This document shows, piece by piece, positions 39,672 through 47,562 of a stretch of 64,000 bases of DNA. Where the stretch lies: the NCBI GenBank assembly GCA_963743815.1, contig CAVURB010000014.1, positions 261,719-325,718 on the forward strand, written 5' to 3'. Positions within the stretch are counted from its first letter, which is position 1, and each line of letters opens with the position of its first letter. The position numbers and the translations under genes are program-made. The stretch is from an uncultured Chloroflexia bacterium (GTDB lineage: Bacteria > Chloroflexota > Limnocylindria > Limnocylindrales > CSP1-4). The notes beneath the pieces were generated by a model that did not search any database, was not told where the DNA came from, and saw nothing but the letters and a program-made list of their open reading frames with translations.

Positions 39672-40697
39672 TCAACCGGAGGCGACGATGGGCGCGTACT
39701 TGCGACGGTAGGCGGCCGGGGTCATGCCGGTCGTGCGCTTGAACAGGCGCCGGAAGAAGGTCGGATCCTCATAGCCGACCTCGAAGCCGATGTCGTCCAC
39801 AGGGCTGGTCCCGGCCTCCAGTCGCTCGCGGGCCCTCTCGATCCGCAGGGCGTGGACATAGTCGATGGCGCGACGGCCGGTCGCGGTCTGGAATCGTCGG
39901 GCGAACGTGCGCGAAGTGAGCCCGGAGCGCTCCACCATCGCGGCGATCGGGTTGGACGTCGCGAACGCCGACTCGATCCAGCGGATGCTCTCCGCGATGA
40001 CTCGGTCCTCGATCCGGGGTCGGCGGACCATGGCAGAGAACGGGAGCTGTCCATCCTGGTGGCCGGCCAGGAGGTAGATCTTCGCGGTTCGTGCCGCGTG
40101 CACCGGCCCGCAGAAGCGGCCGATCAGGTAGAGGGCGAGTTCCTGCCAGGACGTCGCGCCGCCGGCGGTCACGAGGCCACTCGGCTCATTCGCAAGGTCG
40201 ATGATCGACCCCGGTTTGAACCGGATCCGTGGGTACGCCGCGGCGAAGAGGTCGACGTAGGCCCAGTGTCCCGCGCACGATCGCCCGTCGAGGAGGCCAG
40301 ACTCCGCGAGCAGCAGCGAGCCCGCGCACACGCTCGCGATGAGCGCACCATGATCGTGCAGGCCGCGGACCCACGTCGACTCGACTTCGTACCTTCCCCG
40401 GGGCGGCGCGTCGATGGATGTGAACATGTCGCAGATCACGACGGCGTCCGCATCGGTCACGTCCGCGATCGACGCGTGCGGCTCGATCAGGACGCCGCCG
40501 GCGCAACGGAACGGCTCGGCCGATCTGGCCACGACTCGCACATCGAGCAGCGACGAACCGGGCAGGGCGCTCGTCATGTCCGGCCACGCCGTGCCGACCG
40601 AGATGAGGACGTCGTACAGGCCGTAGAGCACCGCCGCTGACGTCTCCGGCGCTGCGAACAAGACGATGCTCGGCTTGCGTGCGTTTGTCACTTTCAC
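39672..40697 (-). CDS. GlxA-family regulator (DJ-1/PfpI domain plus AraC HTH)
   Basis: Intact 341 aa. It has the SVCAGSLLLAESGLL nucleophile-elbow region and the C-terminal AraC HTH (IGFEVGYEDPTFFRRLFKRTTGMTPAAYR). Confidence 0.85.
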   Translation of the reverse strand: MKVTNARKPSIVLFAAPETSAAVLYGLYDVLISVGTAWPDMTSALPGSSLLDVRVVARSAEPFRCAGGVLIEPHASIADVTDADAVVICDMFTSIDAPPRGRYEVESTWVRGLHDHGALIASVCAGSLLLAESGLLDGRSCAGHWAYVDLFAAAYPRIRFKPGSIIDLANEPSGLVTAGGATSWQELALYLIGRFCGPVHAARTAKIYLLAGHQDGQLPFSAMVRRPRIEDRVIAESIRWIESAFATSNPIAAMVERSGLTSRTFARRFQTATGRRAIDYVHALRIERARERLEAGTSPVDDIGFEVGYEDPTFFRRLFKRTTGMTPAAYRRKYAPIVASG

Positions 40698-40785
40698 CCC
40701 GCTTCGGAGGAATTTGACTCTTCCAGCATGTCACGCTGGAGGTGACACTGCGTGACGATCCTGCATCTATCTGGAGGTCGCGCTC

Positions 40786-42189
40786 ATGCCCGATGAACGA
40801 GCGCTCTCGACGTCGATCGCGGCGTTGCGAGCGGAGATCCACGGACAGGTCATCACGCCCGCAGATCCCGGATTCGATGCCGCACGCGCGGTGTGGAACG
40901 GGATGATCGACAAGCGCCCGGCGCTCATCGTCCGCGCCGGATCGACGGACGATATCGCCCGGACGGTCGCCTTCGCACGGGCCGAGGGCCTCAGGCTGGC
41001 GATCCGGGGCGGCGGGCACAACGTTGCCGGGAACGGCACCGTGGATGACGGCATCGTCCTCGACCTTGGCGGACTTGACTTGGTCGAGGTGGACGCTGAA
41101 GCCCGACTCGTCCGTGCCGGGCCTGGCGCGACGCTCGGCCATATCGACCGAGCGACCGAGCCACATGATCTGGTCGTCCCGATCGGCGTCGTGTCCGGGA
41201 CCGGCGTCGCTGGCCTGACCTTGGGTGGCGGTGTCGGATGGCTCGTCCGCCGATACGGCCTGACGATCGACAACCTCGTCTCGGCCGACGTGATCCTGGC
41301 CACCGGCGAGCAGGTCACCGCGAGCGAGGACGAGCACCAGGACCTGTTCTGGGGGCTACGCGGCGGTGGCGGGAACTTCGGCGTCGTGAGTTCGTTCACG
41401 TTCCGCGCCTTCCCGCTGGACCACGACGTCTTCGCGGGCAGCCTCATCTATGAGCGCCACCGCTGGGGAGAGGCTCTCACGTCGTTCGCGTCCCTGGCGC
41501 CCGGGCTGCCGGACGATCTCAGCGTCCTGATGACCATCCTCGTGCCGCCTGCCGATTGGGACATCGGTGACCATGCCCTTCTGGTGATGGGCTTCGCTTG
41601 GGCCGGTCCCGATCGAGCGGAAGGAGAAGCCGTCATCCGCCGTCTGCAGGATGGGTGCGCAGCGGACATCGCCGTGCTGGACCCGACCCGATGGCTGACC
41701 TTCCAGTCGGCCTTCGACTCGGCCCTTCCGAAGGGCTCGCGAGCCTACTGGCGCAACGCTTCGTTCGATCGGCTCGATGCCACCATGATCGACACGCTGG
41801 TCGACTGGTCCGCCCGGCAGTCCTACGGGACCGCCGTCGACCTTCACCATATGGGCGGCGCGTTCGGTCGCGCACCGGAAGACGCGACGGCGTATCCGAG
41901 CCGGGCCGCCGAGTACCTCCTGAACATCTACGGATTCTGGTCCGACCCGGCGGAAGATCCGGACCGGATCTCCTGGGTCAAGGGGTTCTCCGCGGCGATG
42001 GCCCCGTACGCGCTGACCGGGCAGTACGTGAACTTCCTTGGCCCCGACGAGCGTGACGCCCGGGCGAAGGCCCTCGCCGCGTACGGTCCAGAGAAACTCG
42101 AGCGACTGGTCGCCGTCAAGCGCCGCTACGATCCGGAGAACCTCTTCCGCATCAACCACAACATCCCGCCCGACGCCGATGAGCGCTGA
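40786..42189 (+). CDS. FAD-linked oxidase with a BBE-type C-terminus
   Basis: Intact 467 aa: IRGGGHNVAGN..GGGVGWLVRRYGL..DLFWGLRGGGGNFGVV..YDPENLFRINHNI. Confidence 0.85.
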   Translation: MPDERALSTSIAALRAEIHGQVITPADPGFDAARAVWNGMIDKRPALIVRAGSTDDIARTVAFARAEGLRLAIRGGGHNVAGNGTVDDGIVLDLGGLDLVEVDAEARLVRAGPGATLGHIDRATEPHDLVVPIGVVSGTGVAGLTLGGGVGWLVRRYGLTIDNLVSADVILATGEQVTASEDEHQDLFWGLRGGGGNFGVVSSFTFRAFPLDHDVFAGSLIYERHRWGEALTSFASLAPGLPDDLSVLMTILVPPADWDIGDHALLVMGFAWAGPDRAEGEAVIRRLQDGCAADIAVLDPTRWLTFQSAFDSALPKGSRAYWRNASFDRLDATMIDTLVDWSARQSYGTAVDLHHMGGAFGRAPEDATAYPSRAAEYLLNIYGFWSDPAEDPDRISWVKGFSAAMAPYALTGQYVNFLGPDERDARAKALAAYGPEKLERLVAVKRRYDPENLFRINHNIPPDADER

Positions 42190-42236
42190 GCTCCAGAGGC
42201 CCGTGGTCCATCCTCGCCCGGAGGGCTTCGCCCGTC

Positions 42237-43418
42237 TTACCCGGCGGCGTCCGCCGCGTCGCGGTATCGCTCGACGTCGCGGTGGATCGGGTCGGGGTTG
42301 ATGCCACGGACTCGGGCAACGCGCTCGGTGAGGGTCTGCAGCGCCGTGGCACTCCCCAGCAGCGCCGCGACGGACGCTGGCAAGGACGACGCTTCGGCGA
42401 CGACGATCCGACCCGCCGCCGTCAGCTCCGGCGCGAGCACGGCATCGGCGCCGGCCGAGACGATGGCCGCCGTCGGCATGCCGATGACCCGCGCCGCTTC
42501 CAGGGCTCCGGAGACTCGCGCCATGCGCGCCAGGCTCGCGCGGCGATCGGTCGCGATGACGACGAGGCCGGTCCGGTCGTCCGTGGCGGCGAGATGTCCG
42601 TGGAGGAACGTCTCGAGGTCACGGTAGGCGGCCGGGAGCCACGCACCCTCTTCCACCTTGAGAACGAGTTCGCGCCCCGCCGGACGGTCCGCCCCCGTGG
42701 CCAGGACGAGCAGACGGTCGACGCCTGCCAGGGCACCGGCCAAGGCCTCCGCCCGGGACGATGCTTCGGCCGTCAGACCCGCCCGGACGAGGTCGCGGGC
42801 GGCAGCCGGTGCCACCGGCGAACCCGTAAGGTGGCCCGCCACGGCCGCCGCCGCCGCGATCGGACTCACGTATCCGACGGTGTGGCACCAGCTCTGGTCG
42901 AGTTCACCGGTCGCGACGACGGTATCGGCGAGGGCGGCGCCGGGCGATCGTTCGCTGACCGTGATGATGGCCGTCGCGGCACCGGCCGCGCGGGCTGCGG
43001 TCAGCGCCGCGTTCGTGGCCCCCGTCGCGCCCTCATGAGAGATCCCGATCACGAGTCCGCTCGATGGCGGGTCGAGTGAGAGTTCGAAGGCCTGGGCGCT
43101 GACGATGGACCTCGACCCGGTCGCCTCGACGAGGATCTCGGTCACGGCAAGTGCTCCGTGTTCGGAGGTGCCGCAGCCGGTGACGATGACCGAACCGCCA
43201 GCATCGAGCGCCCGCCGCACCGCAGCGGCAAGCGCCGCCGCCGGACTCGTCGGGTCGGCGCCCGTCGCGAGGATCCGTTCCACGATCCACGGCTCGGCCG
43301 CGATCATCTCGGTCATGTGGAACGGAGGTCCGTCGCGATGACTCGGCTGGTCCGTGGACGCCCACGGGTCGGGTGGACCGGGGAGGGGGGCGGTCGGGTC
43401 GAAGGTGGTCGTGTCCAT
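42237..43418 (-). CDS. SIS-domain sugar-phosphate isomerase/aminotransferase-like protein (GlmS C-terminal / FrlB-like)
   Basis: Start at the ATG at 43418. VIVTGCGTSEHGA..GISHEGATGAT, with a second SIS-like half. Intact 393 aa. Confidence 0.7.
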   Translation of the reverse strand: MDTTTFDPTAPLPGPPDPWASTDQPSHRDGPPFHMTEMIAAEPWIVERILATGADPTSPAAALAAAVRRALDAGGSVIVTGCGTSEHGALAVTEILVEATGSRSIVSAQAFELSLDPPSSGLVIGISHEGATGATNAALTAARAAGAATAIITVSERSPGAALADTVVATGELDQSWCHTVGYVSPIAAAAAVAGHLTGSPVAPAAARDLVRAGLTAEASSRAEALAGALAGVDRLLVLATGADRPAGRELVLKVEEGAWLPAAYRDLETFLHGHLAATDDRTGLVVIATDRRASLARMARVSGALEAARVIGMPTAAIVSAGADAVLAPELTAAGRIVVAEASSLPASVAALLGSATALQTLTERVARVRGINPDPIHRDVERYRDAADAAG

Positions 43419-43527
43419 CGGCGGAGCATAGGCGGGCAGCGTCCGCCGACACCGACTGACCCGTCCGGCGCGACGTTTCGCGCGAACCGTCACCATTGGA
43501 CGGACGAACGAGACGCAGGAGGCACGG

Positions 43528-44433
43528 ATGCAGGTCGGATTGATGGCGCCCCAGGGCTGGAAGGGCGAGTACGACGGTTGGGATCCGGCCCACGCATGGG
43601 CTCGGACGATCGAGCTCGCCGAGCAGGCGGAGGACCTCGGCTTCGAGTCGCTCTGGGTCTTCGACCACTTCCACACGGTGCCGCAACCGACGGACGAGAT
43701 CACGTTCGAGTCGTTCGCAACGCTCGCGGCCCTCGCGATGGCCACGCACCGGGTCCGGATCGGGCACATGGTCGTGTGCACGGGCTTCCGGAACCCAGCC
43801 CTGACGGCCAAGATGTCCTCGACGATCGACGTCATCAGCGGCGGACGCTTCGAGCTGGGCATCGGCGCCGGCTGGAAGGAAGAGGAGTGGCGGGCGTACG
43901 GCTACGGCTTCCCGTCGCTCAATGAGCGGATGGCGGCGTTCGGCGACCACCTCGAGGTCATCACCGCGATGTTCGCGGCGGGCCGTTCCACGGTGGAGGG
44001 CCGCTACGCGAGTGTTCGAGGCGCGATCAACGTCCCGAAGGGCCTCCAGGATCCTCGCATCCCCATCATCGTGGGCGGCAACGGGCGCGAACGGACGGCC
44101 GGGTATGCCATCCGCTACGCGGACGAGCTCAACTACGTCTTCCTCGATCCGGAGGAGATCGCGGAGCGTATGGCGGAAGTCCGGGCGCGGTGCGAGGCCG
44201 AAGGGCGCGATCCCGCCACGCTGCGGTTCTCGCTGTACGCGCGGGACGAGGAGATGCGCGATGCCGGTCAGGCGCGGGTCGACCGCCTTGCGGCGTTCGC
44301 CGCGATCGGCCTGGAGCGGATCGTCTGCTTCCCGACCCGCTGGTCACCGACCGTGGAAGCGCAGGCGGCGTTCGCCGAGGACTGCGCTGCGGCCGGGCTC
44401 AGCCTGGAGGCGTCAGCGGCCCTGGCGAGCTGA
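43528..44433 (+). CDS. LLM-class F420-dependent oxidoreductase
   Basis: Intact 301 aa: FESLWVFDHFH..GRFELGIGAGWKEEEW..IIVGGNGRERT. Confidence 0.75.
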   Translation: MQVGLMAPQGWKGEYDGWDPAHAWARTIELAEQAEDLGFESLWVFDHFHTVPQPTDEITFESFATLAALAMATHRVRIGHMVVCTGFRNPALTAKMSSTIDVISGGRFELGIGAGWKEEEWRAYGYGFPSLNERMAAFGDHLEVITAMFAAGRSTVEGRYASVRGAINVPKGLQDPRIPIIVGGNGRERTAGYAIRYADELNYVFLDPEEIAERMAEVRARCEAEGRDPATLRFSLYARDEEMRDAGQARVDRLAAFAAIGLERIVCFPTRWSPTVEAQAAFAEDCAAAGLSLEASAALAS

Positions 44434-44890
44434 GTGCGCAAGGCGACCGAGGCGGCGCCAGGGCGCGTAGCGGAACCAGGCTCGGCCCACGAGCAGCTCC
44501 ACGGGCACCGGCCCGTATCGCCGCGAATCGACCGGCTCGCCATGACCCGCCTCGACCGTCTCGGTCGCCGTCGCATCGCTGAGGAGCCACGCCTCGTCGT
44601 CGGCGAGCTCGATGTAGCCGGCCTCGAACGGGACGCGGTCACCTGGTCGACCCGCCACGCGCTTGATCGCGAGGGTCCCACCATCCGGCTCGCGGAAGGC
44701 CACGATCGACCCACGGCGCGGCCAGCGGGTGACGGTCGGGTCGATCAGGAGCCAGTCCCCGTCCTGGATCGGCGGGGGCCATGCTGGCTTCGGCGACGGC
44801 GACGCGCCACGGACCGCTGAGTCGATCGCGAAGACTCGCGGTACGACGAGGCCCCGTCCGCTCCGGCTTCGCGGGCCTCGGGAATGCGCA
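44413..44890 (-). CDS. sodX: Ni-SOD maturation endopeptidase (S26 signal-peptidase family), two frame breaks
   Basis: RVAVAEASMAP then (shift at the G5 run 44774-44778) IQDGDWLLIDP..GSIVAFREPDGGTLAIKRVAGRPGD...GPVPVELLVGRAWFRY. The Ser (SM) and Lys (IKRV) catalytic contexts are present. It lies immediately downstream of sodN. Confidence 0.7.
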
Positions 44891-44913
44891 TCGGGGTCGG
44901 AACCCCGTCGATG

Positions 44914-45346
44914 TCAGGCGGGCCGGCCGCTGACGCGGGTCTTCTCGTGGCCGCCGGTCGCCTTCCAGGCGGCATCGATGTCGTCGATCATCTCGAGCAG
45001 CTTCTTCGAATCGGCGGCGTCGGTCGACGCCTTGACCTTGGAGACCTGCTTGTTGGCGTTCCAGAACAGGTCGTGCAGGTTGGGGACCGTCGTCGAGGTG
45101 CTCCGGCTTGAAGTAGTCGTGCCAAAGCACGTCAAGGTGGTGCTTGACGAGGTCGGCCTGCTTCTCCTTGATCGCGATGGCGCGCGTCCGGAACGTCGCG
45201 TCCTCGTTGGCCGCGTACTTCTCGTTGATGCGATGGCAGGACTCGGCCTCGATGCGGGCCTGCTCTGGGTCGTAGACACCGCACGGCAGGTCACAGTGGG
45301 CGCGAGCGGTGGTGGCTGGGGCGAGCCAACGGGTCAGGCGGGACAT
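44914..45346 (-). CDS. sodN: nickel superoxide dismutase precursor, one frame break near 45095
   Basis: MSRLTRWLAPATTARA|HCDLPCGVYDPEQARIEAES...LWHDYFKPEHL then the shifted TTVPNLHDLFWNANKQVSKVKAS...IDDIDAAWKAT. The HCDLPCG nickel hook follows a 16-residue pro-peptide. Confidence 0.85.
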
Positions 45347-45485
45347 GGGACTCCTTCACTCTGGGGCTGAGGGCCGAACCCTATCGTCTCGGTGGGTGCC
45401 CGAAAGTGTCCGAGCCTCGGCCGAACGTGTCAAACACCCGACGGATGCGCCGCGGAAGCACGGCCGGGCCGGTATCATCCCCGCG

Positions 45486-46891
45486 ATGACCGAGCGAGGG
45501 CTGCCCAGCACGGAAGGGTCCCCGGCGTGTCCGTTCGTCGCGTTCGACGATGACCGGGACGCGCGCTCCGACCGCCCGGATCACCGCCACCGCTGCTTCG
45601 CCGAGGCCGAGCCGGCGCCCCGCGCCCTGGCTCACCAGGAGGCGTACTGCCTCTCGAGTGCGTTCCCGGTCTGCCCCACCTTCCAGGCGTGGGCACGCCG
45701 CGAGGCGGCTCGGGCACGCAGCGACCAGGAGGCGGCGACGGCGGCCGCAGCGGCAGCGGTGGCAGGTGCTGCCGCGGCGGACGAGGACCGGAGCGCCACG
45801 ACGCGTCAGGCGTCGCCTCGGACGGCCCCGACGCTTCCGGAGCGCCCGGCCCAGAGGCGGACGAGTGGACGCATGGCGCCGACGATCTCCCGATCGAATC
45901 CCAGCCGCGTCGGAATCCGCCCCGCGATTGGGCGGCACCTCCACCGTGGGCGAGTGGTTCGGGTGGGGTCTCGTGGCTCGAGTGGCGGGAGTGGCGGGAG
46001 TGGCGGGAGTGGCGGGAGTGGCGCAGCCGTCCCTGGCCAGCCGGCGGCGCCCGGCTTCTTGACGCCCCGACCGACCGAGGGGGCCGGCCTCGCCGGGAGC
46101 GCCGCCGACCGCCTCGCGAGTGGCGGATCCATCGCCGACCCCGGACCGGGCGTGGCGCGGCCCCCGGTCGCGCCACCGCACACTCCGAACGACGTGCCGT
46201 CGGCCGGTCCGGACCCGGAACTGGCCGGTCTGGTGGCCGGGGTTGCGGCGGGATCGGCCTCGTCAGGGGGAGCCGGGCGCCCCGGCGCCTCGATGACCGA
46301 CGACGAACGGATGGCCGCCGGGTACCCGCCGCCGACCCGCGCCGGACGCCGGCCGGCTGTCAGCTCCACGCGCGCCGACCGAGAGCGTGACCGTGACCGC
46401 GAGCGCGCCCCACAGCGCGAACACGTCCAGGGCAGCGGCCCGTCGTGGGAACGAGCCAAACGGTACGAGGCCTATCCGACCATCAAGACGCGTGCCGGAC
46501 TCGGCGGCCTGCCCGGGCTGCCACGCGTCCTGGTCCTCGCGGCCGCGCTCGGCGTGGCGGCGCTGGCCCTGTTCTTCCTGCCGGCGCTGCTGGGGATGGG
46601 CGGCGGCGAGCGGGGCCGAGCGCGAGTCCGAGTGCCGCCCGACCCTCCGTGACCGCCTTGCCCTCACCCACGCCCGAGCCCGAGCCGACCCCGCAGACTT
46701 ACGTGATCAAGACCGGGGACACGCTCTCGAAGATCGCCAAGGAGTTCGGGCTCACGGTCGACCAGCTGCTCGAGGCGAACAAGGACACGATCGAAGATCC
46801 GGACAAGATCTCCGTGGGTGACGAGATCATCATCCCGGCGCCGCCACCCGACGAGGTCGAGGGCGGGACGGAGGAATCGATCGCGCCGTAG
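45486..46891 (+). CDS. LysM-domain membrane protein with a Cys/His-rich N-terminal motif (one frame break near 46600)
   Basis: CPFVAFDDDRDARSDRPDHRHRCFAE..AYCLSSAFPVCPTF, a long low-complexity linker, a TM helix (VLVLAAALGVAALALFFLPALL), and then in a second frame YVIKTGDTLSKIAKEFGLTVDQLLEANKDTIEDPDKISVGDEIIIP (LysM). Confidence 0.7.
45980..46023. repeat. 9-bp tandem repeat (GAGTGGCGG), about 5 copies, inside the LysM gene linker
   Basis: gagtggcgg gagtggcgg gagtggcgg gagtggcgg gagtggcg. It encodes (GSG)n in the gene frame. Confidence 0.8.
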
Positions 46892-46894
46892 CCC

Positions 46895-47224
46895 CTACCT
46901 GGGGGCGATGTTGATGGCCGTGATCCGGCCTGCCTCCACACGGAACGTGGCGTCGATGTGCTGGGTCGGGGCGCCGGGCCGCACGACCAGCAGGTCGGCT
47001 TCGTAGGTGTTGCCGGTGTCGCGGATCCCTCCCGGGATCATGCGCAGGCCCGCATCGCCGCGGAGGAACCAGCCACCCACGCGCTCCACGCCGCGCAGCG
47101 TCTGGACGCTGTCACCGACGTGCACGCGCATCTCCGTCATCTCGTCCATCAACGCGACCGCGCCCTCGCGGTCCCCGGCGTTCAGCTTCTCGAAGAAGTC
47201 TTCCATCGTCTCGACAGCACCCAT
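46895..47224 (-). CDS. SnoaL/NTF2-like small protein
   Basis: MEDFFEKLNAGDREGAVALMDEMTEMRVHVGD..., then a beta-rich remainder typical of the NTF2 fold. The start is at 47224 or 47206. Confidence 0.55.
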   Translation of the reverse strand: MGAVETMEDFFEKLNAGDREGAVALMDEMTEMRVHVGDSVQTLRGVERVGGWFLRGDAGLRMIPGGIRDTGNTYEADLLVVRPGAPTQHIDATFRVEAGRITAINIAPR

Positions 47225-47562
47225 GGCCGGAGTGTAGCGTCGGGCGCCCATGAGCGCCCACGACGCGGCCGACGTCGCCGCGTGCCGCGGGCGTCCGCAT
47301 CTTCCGTCCTAGTCCGTGGGCGAATCTCGTGGCACCTGATCTCTCGAGATCCGCGACTCGAGCGCCCCGCACCTTCCGTGTCAGCGGCCCCGCGACTACC
47401 AGGGACGTTGACGACCCGGGATCCGTCCAAGGGATTCGCCAGGGGACTAGCAGGGACGTTGGCCAGGGAGGTTGGCCCGGGGCGGCGCCGCGCCGCACCG
47501 CCGATCGCTGCACCACACGGCGGCCCGCCTTGGTCGGCACGGGCCCCAGGGAGCGCGGCGCC

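Noticed and set aside
45980-46023. Possible CRISPR or other repeat array
   Set aside because: It is a perfect 9-bp tandem repeat with no spacers, located inside a coding linker. No cas genes or repeat-spacer architecture occur anywhere in the window.
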